Source: Octopus vulgaris
Lineage: Eukaryota
Direction of reading: 5' to 3'
Assembly: GCA_951406725.2 (NCBI GenBank)
Contig: OX597824.1
Location: forward strand, 77,624,001 to 77,688,000
DNA: 64,000 bases
Shown piece after piece: positions 26,623 through 41,159 of the stretch. Made by a program: the position numbers and the translations under genes. How positions within the stretch are numbered: the first letter of the stretch is position 1; each line of letters opens with the position of its first letter. The notes beneath the pieces are model-generated. The model searched no databases and was not told where the DNA came from. It was given only the letters and a program-made list of their open reading frames with translations.

Positions 26623-27625
26623 CCGTAAATATTAGAGAGTCAACTTTGAATATGTTAACTCTAGTGCTAGAAATAGGTCCGATCGGTAAAAGTCGCCGAC
26701 GATAAATCCACATAGAAATAGCACCACAATCAACGCTATGAAATTAAATTACTACTAAATAATGGATTAATGTTGTACAATTGTTTCTTCATTAACAAAA
26801 TGCAGATTATACTTACATAATTGTCTATGATTCATCAGCAACATTTGTCAATATAATTGATCAGACCCTTACAAGCGACGATTCTCATATGGTCCGATCA
26901 ATTACATTCTGTTGTAGTTACAAATTTCCCGCCGAGAGTAAATGCTAAGTGGAAGTGAATACCGCATGTAATATTTACTGCAGCATATCAAATCAATACA
27001 TTAAATAATGAGGGTGAATAAAATTATAGATATTAATTCAATAATACCCTTATTTTAACACCAAGCGACCTAGCACATGGTGTTAAAATAAGGGTATTAT
27101 TGAATTAATATCTATAATTTTATTCACCCTCATTATTTAATGTATTGATTTGATATGCTGCAGTAAATATTACATGCGGTATTCACTTCCACTTAGCATT
27201 TACTCTCGGCGGGAAATTTGTAACTACAACAGAATGTAATTGATCGGACCATATGAGAATCGTCGCTTGTAAGGGTCTGATCAATTATATTGACAAATGT
27301 TGCTGATGAATCATAGACAATTATGTAAGTATAATCTGCATTTTGTTAATGAAGAAACAATTGTACAACATTAATCCATTATTTAGTAGTAATTTAATTT
27401 CATAGCGTTGATTGTGGTGCTATTTCTATGTGGATTTATCGTCGGCGACTTTTACCGATCGGACCTATTTCTAGCACTAGAGTTAACATATTCAAAGTTG
27501 ACTCTCTAATATTTACGGATAAATATGAATTTGTGTCCCCGGTTTTTTGTGCTAGGTCGCTTGGTGTTAAAATAAGGGTATTATTGAATTAATATCTATA
27601 ATTTTATTCACCCTCATTATTTAAT
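26623..27625. mobile_element. HHR-bearing 484-bp repeat: 441-bp inverted arms with 14-nt spacer, plus ~64-bp terminal redundancy
   Basis: 26623-27063 is the reverse complement of 27078-27518; tggtgttaaaataaggg recurs at 27078 and 27562. Confidence 0.9.
27298..27370 (+). ncRNA. Type-I hammerhead ribozyme (mirror copy 26771-26843, -)
   Basis: tgttg CTGATGA a tcat-a-gacaa...ttgtt-a-atga a GAAA caattg TA caaca; 5-bp stem I, palindrome ACAATTGT, GUA triplet. Confidence 0.78.
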
Positions 27626-27649
27626 ATATATATATATATATATATATTG

Positions 27650-27880
27650 ATAGAAATGGCAAGACAACAAAACGATGAAAGAGACCTCGATATTATGTAA
27701 ATAGAGGAATTTATTTATAAAATAATATGTGACAATTATTCGGTAGCCATTATAAAACTCCGAGTTTCAGATGTCGGTGCGGAAACCCACGCCGGCATCT
27801 ATTCAGTTATCGGGCCATCGAAAAAAAAGCTCCGAAACTCGGAGTTTTATCATGGCTACCGAATAATTGTCACATATTAT
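27650..27880. mobile_element. HHR-family fold-back element related to 47097-47315
   Basis: Arms 27722-27768 and 27834-27880; minus-strand ataa CTGAATA gatgccgg..ccgacatc tGAAA ctcggag TT ttat (G8 mutated). Confidence 0.75.
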
Positions 27881-28364
27881 ATTTACATATATATATATAT
27901 ATTTATTTATTTATTTATTTATTTATTTATTGCTACCCCAATATATATGGTTTTGCAAATTTACAGCAACTTGTATACTCTAATTTATTTTTGCCTTCTT
28001 TGAATGTTGTAATATTTTCTACGTTAGAGCTTTTGATTGTTATTTCTGTCTTCCATATTTTGAGGCGGGGCGCGAACAGAATCGTTAGTACGTTAAACAA
28101 AATGCATAACGGCTTATCTTCAGGCTCGTCACGGTCTATGTTTAAATTTTCTACCGAAGTTTACTCTACCTTCTTTCTCTTTGGGGTCGATTAAATAAGA
28201 ACTGGTCGAACTCTGGGGTCAATTTCATCGACTAAACCATCACCCCTTAAGATTGTTAGTTTCTCGCCAAAATGTGAAATCATTATCTTCCCTACTTTAA
28301 TTTCATTTCTCTCAACTTTTCTCCCCGTTTGAAATGTTCCTTTAGTTATTTAATGTTCTGACAT

Positions 28365-28830
28365 ACTCTTTTACCCTTTTACTTGTTTCAGTCATTTGAC
28401 TGCGGCCATGCTGGAGCACCGCCTTTAGTCGAGCAAATCGACCCCGGGACTTATTCTTTGTAAGCCCAGTACTTATTCTATCAATGTCTTTTGCCGAACC
28501 GCTTAGTGACGGGGACGTAAACACACCAGCATCGGTTGTCAAGCAATGCTAGGGGGACAAACACAAACACACAAACATATATACACACACACTTATATAT
28601 ATATACATATATACGACAGGCTTCTTTCAGTTTATTTGTAAAATAATATGTGACAATTATTCGGTAGCCATGATAAAACTCCGAGTTTCATCTACCAAAT
28701 CCACTCACAAGGCATTGGTCGGCCCGGGGCTATAGTAGAAGACACTAGCGCAAGATGCCACGCAGTGGGACTGAACCCGGAACCATGTGGTTGGTTAGCA
28801 AGCTACTTACCACACAGCCACTCCTGCGCC
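28365..28830 (-). mobile_element. SINE family B carrying a 56-bp foreign insert (28634-28689)
   Basis: Family B match interrupted at cagttt. Confidence 0.85.
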
Positions 28831-28871
28831 TACGTTGTAATATGTTTAAATTCATTATTGCATTTTTTCTA

Positions 28872-29280
28872 AGGCGGCAAGCTGACAGAATCGTTAGCAC
28901 ATGGAAGATGCTTAACGGCATATCGTCCGTCTTTAGGTTCTGAGATAATATTTCGCCGAGGTCGACGTTGCCTTTGATCTTTTCGGGATCGATGAAATAT
29001 GTACCAGCTATGCACTTGAGTCGATGGAATCGAATTTCTCCCGCCCCATCATTTCAGACCTTGTGCCTTTAGTAGAAAGGATTCTTACACCTTAGGATCG
29101 TTAGCAAGTGGGGCAAAATGCTTAGCAGCATTTCGTCCGTCTTTACGCTCTGACTTCAAATTCCCCCGTGGCTGGTTTTGCCTTTCATGCTTTTTGGGAT
29201 CAATAAATTAAGTACCGGTCAGGTAATGCAATCGACCAGCCCTTTTCTGTCAAATTTCAGCCCTTTTGCCTATGGTAGAG
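28872..29280 (+). mobile_element. Two diverged SINE family O copies
   Basis: Recognisable gttagc..aaatgcttag..ttcgtccgtcttta blocks; another at 28065-28280. Confidence 0.65.
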
Positions 29281-29444
29281 AGACATATCACACCTTTTCA
29301 TGGGTGGAATTATTTAAAATCTTATATTTCTCCCTAAAATTTGGATTGCAGTTACTGAATATGAATGCCTCTTCCCGCTTAAAGTATCAAGTATAAACGT
29401 TTATATATAAAATTGTAAGCACACTGATAATTAGATACCAATTA

Positions 29445-30010
29445 TTGGGTTGTCCGGAAAGTTCGTGCCGATGTTTAAAGGAAAGAAAAAGGTCAATAAA
29501 TACTTACCATTACATTTTTAATCAACCAAATATAAACCATTTTGTTGCACAATGCGTCTCCATCTTTCCTTTAACTTGGAAATACCCTCTTCCCAGAATT
29601 GAGGTGGTTTCATGGCAAAGAATTCATCAAGGTATCATTATACGTCATCCAAGGAATTGAAATTTTTACTATTAAGACAATTCTGCAGAGGCCTGAATAA
29701 GTGGAAATCCGAAGGAGCAATATCTGGGGAATATGGAGGGTGGGGTAACACATCCAAGCCGAACTGCAGGAATTTTTGTCTGGTTCCCCAAGCATCAAGT
29801 GCCGAAAATAAACTTTCTTATCTTCCATTTTAAAGGGTTACATAATTAACACAGATTATAGGAACATGAATCTTCTTCCACGAAAAGATAGCTAAAACTG
29901 TGCTCTTAATTGAGATGTAGTCAAATCTTATTTTATGCACTCAACCATGTCCTAAAATAAGCCGAAAGGTAAGCTACTATAAATCGGTAGGAACTTTCCG
30001 GACAACCCAA
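29445..30010 (-). mobile_element. Internally deleted mariner with both TIRs and TA TSD
   Basis: TA|ttgggttgtccggaaagttc ... gaactttccggacaacccaa|TA; encodes MEDKKVYFRHLML joined to ..LPHPPYSPDIAPSDFHLFRPLQN.. Confidence 0.92.
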
Positions 30011-30525
30011 TATTATCTAATGATAACAATATTTACAACCATTAGTAAATCTGTATCCCTTTTAGCCACCCAGTTTAAATACAATCATTTAGTCTTTATA
30101 TATTTACCCCCATCAGCAGAATTTGAAAATAGTATTAACAATTATAACCATTACTATCCAACGACACAGCAATAATTCACAGTGATTTACGCATTTTCCA
30201 TTTATATTAATAACCATCATAAGCTGCAGGCAAGTTTACATCCTTTTCTAGAAGTACCCGGTGGCAACTATCTTCTCCCGCGCCTTCTGTAATATTTATG
30301 AGTATATTGAAAATCGCGAAATAACTCTCTTCAATATATTTAAAAGTATTCTTTGTGGCTCGAGGAGGCCTACTTGCAATTCGGCATTCTCATTCTATTA
30401 ATCAATTACGCTTTATCTGCCATTTTCTTGATTATGGTTATAGCTTCAATTTTAATTCCACTGCAATGACATACACCTTCCAGCTTTCTAAGATAGGTCT
30501 ACGATTCAGCTAGAGTATATACATC

Positions 30526-30578
<53 letters not shown>

Positions 30579-30660
30579 TTTTTATATATATATATGTATG
30601 CATGTATGTATGTATGTATGTATGTATGTATGTATGTATGTATGTATGTATGTATGTATA

Positions 30661-30821
30661 GGCGTAGGAGTGGCTGTTTGGTAAGTAGCTTGCTTACGAG
30701 CGACATGGTTCCGGGTTCAGTCCCACTGTGTGGTAACTTGGGCAAGTGTTTTCTACTATAGCCTCGGGCCGACCAAAGCCTTGTGAGTGAATATGGTAGA
30801 CAAAAGCCCGTCGTATATATG

Positions 30822-30873
<52 letters not shown>

Positions 30874-31110
30874 GAGAGAGAGAGGTGTATGTGTGTGTAT
30901 ATGTTTGTGTGTCTCTGTTTGTCCCCCTTCATCGCTTGACAACCGATGTTGGTGTGTTTACCTCACCGTAACCTAGCGGTTCGGCAAAAGTGACCGATAG
31001 AATAAGTACTAGGCTTACAAAGAATAAGTCCTGGGGTCGATTTGCTCTACTAAAGGCAGTGCTCCAGCAAGGCCATTGTCAAATGACTGAAACAAGTAAA
31101 AGAGGAAAAG
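30661..31110 (+). mobile_element. SINE family B
   Basis: Full-length match to family. Confidence 0.87.
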
Positions 31111-31127
31111 AGTATGTATATATATAT

Positions 31128-31202
<75 letters not shown>

Positions 31203-31326
31203 CATAATACATACCTACATAAGCCCACAAATATCTTCATTTTTTTCTTTTTGTTTTTGAAGCCAAAACATTGCACGTTATAAAATATTAATAATAGAAG
31301 TCAAAGGTTAAGATTATTAGCCGGCG

Positions 31327-31364
31327 TTTCAATATTTCGAGTTTGTGACCTCTTCTTCAGGAAA
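31327..31364 (-). ncRNA. Minimal type-I hammerhead candidate
   Basis: Minus: tttc CTGAAGA a gag-gtcacaaa-ctc GAAA ta TT gaaa; stem I tttc/gaaa; palindrome AATATT. Confidence 0.68.
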
Positions 31365-31620
31365 TTTACAGTGAAGAGGTGTCATCTGATGACTTCTCTT
31401 CTCTGTAGCACTAACCATCGACTTTTATTAAGAGTTCATATTTTTAACTTAAATTGTTTTGACTTAAAAATAAATTACTATAAACATATAGCAGAGAATT
31501 GGTTCATGAAATCTAGCGTGTAATTTATATATGTGTGTGTATGTGTGTGTGTGTGTGTGTGTGTATGTACGTGTGTATATGTATGTATTAATGTATGAAT
31601 ATATATATGTATGTACGTAC

Positions 31621-31665
<45 letters not shown>

Positions 31666-31928
31666 TATATGTGTGTGCGTGTGTTGTGTGTGTGTACGTA
31701 TGTGTATATAACGTGTATTATATATATATACATACATATATATGTATATATTTATATATATAAAAGATGTGGAGTAGATAAACAGATATATATATATTAT
31801 TTATATTATTATCTGATTGAACGCCACGCATCCATTTCCAAGTAACTTTACATATATATATAAAAAATGTAATATATAAATAAATATCTGTAAATATAAA
31901 CCATCCGATCTTCTGATTACCTCATTTC

Positions 31929-32014
<86 letters not shown>

Positions 32015-32265
32015 GATGCATATATACATATAAACATGATACATACACACACATATGCATGCATATAAATACACACTCGCTCGTACAACTGTACACACAC
32101 AGATGGCCGCGGGTATATAAAAAAGATAAGCTTCGCGCTTCACCTTCTACCCATTCTTATTTGTTATGTACTCGTCACCGTACCGCGAGCCTTGTGGCAA
32201 ATAATAATATTATTCTATTTCCTATTTCCTTCCCGTTCTGTCAGTTTGCTTTACACACACTCAAG

Positions 32266-32327
32266 TCCGTTTCCTTGTTTGTTTTCGTTTCTCGTTGTGT
32301 TATACGTTTATTTGTGCTGTCCTGTAC

Positions 32328-32376
<49 letters not shown>

Positions 32377-32450
32377 TGTATATATACATATAGATGTAGG
32401 TATGTACATATATGTATGTATGTATGTATATGTTTTATTTGTTAAAATTG

Positions 32451-32490
<40 letters not shown>

Positions 32491-32645
32491 TTAGATCGTT
32501 AGCCATGATAGATCGTTAGCCACTATACACATTTTTTTTCTCTCCTTGTTTTTTCTGTGTCCCTTCCTGTAGAAGAGCGTAGGCTCGAAGCGTAAAAGAC
32601 CTTTTCAATTCCTGAGCGTTATACTAATACATCTGTTTGTTTTGT
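32266..32645 (+). repeat. Composite block duplicated at 35790-36150
   Basis: Same succession of unique pieces and TA runs, including cgttagatcgttagccatgatagatcgttagccactac. Confidence 0.85.
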
Positions 32646-32685
32646 ACTCTACCTGCCTTCGTCTTTTGTTTTTTTCGTAAACTCT

Positions 32686-32747
<62 letters not shown>

Positions 32748-33086
32748 CACACAAGCCGAATACAGGCATGAATCTATGTCTGTAGACTTACAGACGTACA
32801 TTCGCGTACGCATATACACGCATTTTCGTTTTATCATGCTGAAGTGTAAGGCAGCGTGTTCGTGAAATCGTAGGCACAGCAGACAAAATGCTTAGCGCTA
32901 TTTCCTATGTTTTTACGATCTGAGTTCATATTCCACCGAGGTTTGCTTTTCCTTTGCATCCTTTCGATGTCGATGAAATAAGTAACAGCTGAGCACCGGG
33001 GTCGATGTAATCGAATACCCCTATTTCCCCCATCTACCCATTCCGCCAAATTTCAGGCCTTGTGCTTCTATTAGAAAGGAATAACA

Positions 33087-33629
33087 CAGTGGTGCCCAAC
33101 CCCTTTATTCAAATGCGTATTTCCACAGATCCTTTAATATGTTTATCTTCATATATGTGTGTGTGTGTGTGTGTGTGTGAAGGCGCATGGCTCAGTAGTT
33201 AGAGCGTCGAGCTTACGATCGTGGGGTTGTGAGTTAGAATCCCGGACCGAGCTGCGTGTTGTGTTCTTGAGCAAGACACTTTATTTCACGTTACTTCAGT
33301 TCACTCAGCCGTAGAAATGAGTTGCGACGTCACAGGTGCCAAGCTGTATCGGCCCTTTGCCTTTCCCTTGGATAATACTGGTGGCGTGGAGAAGAGAGAC
33401 TGGTATGCATGGGGGGTTGCTGGCCTTACATAAACAACCTTGCCCGGACCTGGCTGGGTAACTTTCTAGGTGCAATCCCATGGTCAATCATGACCGAAGA
33501 GGGTCTCAGCAGTGTGCGTATGCGTATATATGTGTGTGTATGTGCGAAATTTTGAATTTAGTTCACGGACCCCCAGTACTAACTTTGCGGACCACCAGGA
33601 GTTCGTGAACCCCAGGTTGGGAACCTCTA
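33087..33629. mobile_element. hAT-type MITE containing a nested tRNA-SINE (family D, 33179-33507 +)
   Basis: TIRs cagtggtgcccaacc / ggttgggaacctcta (12/15); SINE head gaaggcgcatggctcagtagttagagcgtcgagc, second copy 61700-62024 (-). Confidence 0.65.
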
Positions 33630-34202
33630 GGTCAACATGTTAAATTGCAAGTCGCGAGCTAGAAGAGTCATTAGCGCGCCGGGTAAAATGCTTAGCAGTA
33701 TTACTTAATGATCTGAGTTCAAATTTCGCCGTGGTCAGATTTGCTTTTTATCCTTTCAGGGTCAAAAAAATTAGTAATATCTGAGCATTGGTATCAATAT
33801 TTTCGAATATCTCCCTCCCACCGAATTTTCAGGCCTTGTGCGAAAATTAGAAAGTGCTTAACTGGTACTTATTTTATCGAACCTGAAAGGATGAACGGCA
33901 AGTCAGCGTCGACGAGGCCTGGAGTAAGAAGGTAAAGCGCCGGAATAAATGCTACTAAACATTTCGTTCGGCGATCTTAACGGTTCTAACAGCTCGACGT
34001 CTTACAAATTAACATATCGGGAATCGAACCCACCAGCATGATATTAAGTGAGTGGAGCTTAATCTACCGAGCAAATTAGCTTGACGCATTTGGGTGTGTT
34101 ATGAAATCAGATATATGCATGGATGTGAATAGAAAACAAATGGATCTCCGTCTCTATCAACGATGTACATATGTACATACGTATATGTACATACATCTAT
34201 AC

Positions 34203-34780
<578 letters not shown>

Positions 34781-34791
34781 TATGTATTCAG

Positions 34792-35851
<1,060 letters not shown>

Positions 35852-35948
35852 CCCATATATATATATATATATGCATGTATATATACATATAGATGTAGGT
35901 ATGTACATATATGTATGTATATATGCATATTTTTTATTTGTTAAATTG

Positions 35949-35996
<48 letters not shown>

Positions 35997-36594
35997 TTAG
36001 ATCGTTAGCCATGATAGATCGTTAGCCACTACACACATTTTTTTTCTCTCCTTGTTTTTTCTGTGTCCCTTTCTGTAGAAGAGAGTAGGCTCGAAACGTA
36101 AAAGACCTTTTCAGTTCCTGAGCGTTATACTAATACATCTGTTGTTTTGTATATATATATATATATATATATATAAATGTGTGTGCGTAGATTAAGAAAG
36201 AGCGAGAGAGAGAGAAAGAGAGAGAATGAAAGAGTGAGTGAGAGAAGGAATGAGAACAATTGATATGTCACTTACCAAAAGAAATAACAAGAAAATAATT
36301 AATTTTATTTGTTTGTCTTATTCTTATGTTTGAAAACGTCATTTTTAATTGCATTGCATTTGTTATATTTTTATAAACCTATTTCAGGAAAATGCTGTCG
36401 AAATAATATAGAAATAGTGGTTACGTATTGATGACAGAGGTGTGTACTGAAACCAGGTGTTTGCCTTTGTACGTGTTTATCTGCGACAAAGAGTGTAAGA
36501 AAGAGAGAGAGAGAGAGATTTTGCGATGAAAAATATAATAATTGAAGTGAACGAAGTGTCAGCGGAAGCTGAGGAGTGGCGATAGATGTAACTA

Positions 36595-36819
36595 TTGAGA
36601 GAGAGATAAAGAGAGAGAGAGAGAGAAAGAAAAAAAAAAAAGAGAGAGAGAGAGAGAGAGAAAGAAAGAGAGAGAGAGAAAGAAAGAGAGAGAGAAAGAG
36701 AGAGAGGGAGAAAGAGAGATAGAAAGAAAGAGAGAGAGAAAGAGAGAGCAAGATAGAGACAGACAGAGGCTGAGACAGGCAGAGAGAATCAGAGAGAGAC
36801 AGACAGATGAGGAGAATGT

Positions 36820-36856
<37 letters not shown>

Positions 36857-36905
36857 GAGGAGAAAGTGTATGTGTGTGTGTGTGCGTGTGTGAGAGAGAG
36901 AGAGC

Positions 36906-36939
<34 letters not shown>

Positions 36940-37141
36940 AAGAAAGAGAGAGTGAAAGAGAGAAAGAAAGAGAGAGAGAAAGAGAGAAAGGAAGAGAGAA
37001 AGAGAGCAAGATAGAGACAGACAGAGGCTGAGACAGGCAGACAGAAACAGAGTGAGACAGAGAGAGAGGAGGAGAATGTGATTGAGAGAGAGAAGAGGGA
37101 CGAGGAGAATGTGTGTGTAAGTGTGTGTGTGTATGTGTGTT

Positions 37142-37188
<47 letters not shown>

Positions 37189-37190
37189 AA
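36595..37190. repeat. (GA)n-rich low-complexity tract with ~260-bp internal duplication
   Basis: agagcaagatagagacagacagaggctgagacaggcaga occurs near 36745 and 37003. Confidence 0.85.
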
Positions 37191-37384
37191 ATGGGATGAG
37201 CATAAGGAAATACGAAGCAAAGTGCAATCTAAGTCACAAGAGAAAATGGAAAGAACAAAAGACAAATCATTTTACCAACAGAAATAAACAAGAAAAACGG
37301 TATCATTTAGATTTGTATCATACATTAACATAGATACCAACTGCGCCAAATATCCTTACGTTGGTCATTATAGTTAAAATCTTT

Positions 37385-37776
37385 GGAGGCGCAATGGCCC
37401 AGTGGTTAGGGCAGCGGACTCGCGGTCATAGGATCGCGGTTTCGATTCCCAGACCGGGCGTTGTGAGTGTTTATTGAGCGAAAACACCTAAAGCTCCACG
37501 AGGCTCCCTCCGGCAGGGGATGGTGGTGATCCCTGCTGTACTCTTTCACCACAACTTTCTCTCACTCTTACTTCCTGTTTATGTTGTACTTGTATTTCAA
37601 AGGGCAGGCCTTGTCACTCTCTGTGTCACGCTGAATATCCCCGAGAACTACATTTAAGGGTACACGTGTCTGTGGAGTGCTCAGCCACTTACACGTTAAT
37701 TTCACGTGCAGGCTGTTCCGTCGATTCGGATCAACCGGAACCCTCGTCGTCGTAACCGACGGAGTGCTTCCATCCG
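37385..37776 (+). mobile_element. Full-length SINE with family A head and alternative 3' half; 10-bp TSD gttaaaatct
   Basis: A and B boxes; TSD at 37373-37382 and 37777-37786. Confidence 0.88.
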
Positions 37777-38017
37777 GTTAAAATCTGTTGACTGTTGTAC
37801 TCTCTAGCCTTTTCCCGCTGCCTATCGTAATTGTTGACGTTCACGAAATTACGGACCCAATCCTTTATTATTTCCACAGAATAGATCGTTTGCATTCTGT
37901 TCTCCGCACCAGAGACGTAAGGAATAGCATACGGATACGCTCCTATCTTTCGCCTACTTGTGATGACGACTGCTAAACCTGCATGTCCTCATGTTCGTTT
38001 TCATATATATTTTTATA

Positions 38018-38440
38018 TTTCTTTTACTTGTTTCATTCATTTGACTGCGGCCACTCCACAGAGACACACGCGAACCCTTAACGTAGTTTTCGGGGAGATT
38101 CAGCGCGACACAGTGTGACAAGGATTGCCCTTTAAAATACTCCACAGAGACACACGCGAACCCTTAACGTAGTTTTCGGGGAGATTCAGCGCGACACAGT
38201 GTGACAAGGATTGCCCTTTAAAATACTCCACAGAGACACACGCGAACCCTTAACGTAGTTTTCGGGGAGATTCAGCGCGACACAGTGTGACAAGGATTGC
38301 CCTTTAAAATACAGGTACAACAGAAACAGGAAGAAAGAGTACGAGAAAGTTGTGGTGAAAGACTACAGCAGGTTTCGCCACCACCCACTGCCGTTAGCCT
38401 CGTGGAGCTTTAGATGTTTTCGCTCAATAACCACTCACAA
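38018..38440 (-). mobile_element. Chimeric SINE: family A body with 3 x 86-bp tandem repeat (38053-38312) plus family B tail
   Basis: actccacagagacacacgcg.. at 38053, 38139 and 38225. Confidence 0.85.
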
Positions 38441-38592
38441 TGGTCTCGGATGGTAAATGATTTTATTTTTCATTCCTTTCGAAGTTTAATCCCTAATAGT
38501 GGTTTGGAATTTAACTGTCCTGTCAAGCGTGCAGGTAGTCCTATGATGGATGCCTCTTATGTGTTTAAATGTATACTGTATTTATGTGAATA

Positions 38593-38649
<57 letters not shown>

Positions 38650-38650
38650 G

Positions 38651-38687
<37 letters not shown>

Positions 38688-38769
38688 GTATGTATATATG
38701 CATTTATATAAAGTTAATCCAAACATGAAAACACAAAGAGAAAACACAACACATGTATATACATGGATG

Positions 38770-38817
<48 letters not shown>

Positions 38818-38838
38818 AAAATAGATAGATAGAAATAA

Positions 38839-38898
<60 letters not shown>

Positions 38899-38910
38899 AA
38901 AGGTAGATAG

Positions 38911-38953
<43 letters not shown>

Positions 38954-38958
38954 GATAT

Positions 38959-39035
<77 letters not shown>
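38770..39035. repeat. (GATA)n microsatellite
   Basis: Direct reading. Confidence 0.95.
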
Positions 39036-39036
<1 letters not shown>

Positions 39037-39644
39037 CAGCAACCAACTAACCAACGTTTACATCGCCTTTTAGTATAGAGAGATAATTATAATTCTTAAT
39101 CTCAGGAATTCAGACTATAGTTATTTCGTTAACCGTCCATTTATGTTCGTAATATACGTCATAGCTGTAATTTCACCTTGATATTGGTTTATAACAAAAT
39201 CCGTTAATGCAAATAGAAGACAAATAAATCCCAAATAATTCTGGTCCATTTTCCCTTGTGGTGTTTACCGAATGCATACACGTAATAAGTTTAAATCTGA
39301 CGAACTAGATCCCAGCTATTTATTTTTATGATGATGCCCTTTGTTAAGTAACTAACTATTAAAAGTGTAAAGCTGTTGAAATTATACTCAACGGCTTCCT
39401 TTGTAAACTTGTCTCTGAGTCTCTTATGTCAGTCTTAATCGGTAAATTCTTTAGCGTATAAACACAATGCTAGAAACTGCTTCGATTACTATCACATAAA
39501 TCCATCCATCCGTACATTCGTCCATCCATCTATGCATCCATTCGTCCGCTCTAATTATAGAGAATTTGCCTTTAGAAGTTAAAATACGTTAACTGACCTA
39601 AAGTTTATTTTTCCTCATCTTTGCTTGACGTTGATGCTGCTATG

Positions 39645-39702
<58 letters not shown>

Positions 39703-40247
39703 TTAGGTTTTTTTCTCACTTATCCTTTCTCTAATATTTTCCTCTCCCTTCACAGTTCTCTGTCTGTCTCTCTCTCCCTCACTCTTCCTCCCTTGCTCAC
39801 ATGGCTCCCACGTGACCATCGACCATCTCCTAGCTTGTGTTTCTTTCTTTCTCTCCGTTGTAGGTGGATCAAGGAAGACGTGTTCATGTCTGTCTCCTGT
39901 CCAAGCTTGATTTACGCGATCGCCACAAAAACCTCGTTTAGGCTCAGCAGCCCTTCCTGTTTGTTTTCACTGTCCTGTTTGTGTTACCAATTTTGACCCT
40001 CGCAAAATCCCAAATTTCATTTAATTTGCTTTATGGATGCAACTGTTTTATCGAAAGCGTATATTGTTGCTAAATGCTTGAAATACGAGAGTAGAAAAAC
40101 ACCAACAACTGATGACGGGTCGTTCTTTGTGTTCTTTGCCTTGTTTTCCATTTGTATCATTCGTTGTTCGAAAACATATTTCATATACCATGTACTCATA
40201 CTTCATATTTTTGTTGTACACGTTTCGTGACGTCCTCTGTCCACGTA

Positions 40248-40298
<51 letters not shown>

Positions 40299-41159
40299 GT
40301 ATAGATGTATGTATATATACGTATGTATATATGCATATATATATATGTATATCATATTACATAATATATAATATATATATGTGTGTGTGTATGTATATAT
40401 TGATAAGTGTATGTGTACATATATATGCATACATATACGTATGCATAAATGTACGCATGCATACGAATGTACTTGCCATACATCCCTCATTACTCACCGA
40501 TAAATGAAAATATGTGTATATTTATATATATATATATATGTATATATGCATTTACATATACATACATACATATATTTATATATATGTAAGTATATGTATA
40601 AAGTATATATATATTTAAATGTATATATATGCATACATGTATGTATGTGCACTTATTATGTGTGTGTATGTATGTAAGAATGTATGTATGTATGTATGTA
40701 TGTATGTATGTATGTATGTATGTATGTATGGACCCTCTTAATTATCAATCTCAGTGTCTGTAGTGTAAAATAAAAGATGTAATAACAAAAAAGAAAATAA
40801 TTAACATGATTATTCAAGCCCGTAAAACCAGTTTGTTGCCGGCTTCACACTTTGAACTTATCATCCGATAACTGCTAACAAAAGCAGCTAATTTATCAAA
40901 CACTATATTTGGCTGTCACCTATCTTATTGTATAAATTTTTTTTTTTTTTTTTGCTTTTTACTGTGTCTATTTATAACATGACTAATTGCAATACCTTCT
41001 TATATTATCTAATGAGTTATCCATTTTAAATTCACACCTGCTGTTTATCATTTGCACTTCCTGCAACATTTAAACCGTAGTTTGATAGCGCAACATTTTC
41101 TTTCTAATTGCTTAACCCTTGAAAGTAAATGCTGACGATAGTAAATAAAATAGTTTCGA

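Noticed and set aside
37385-37460. tRNA gene
   Set aside because: tRNA-like head continues into a SINE body with TSD; many diverged copies
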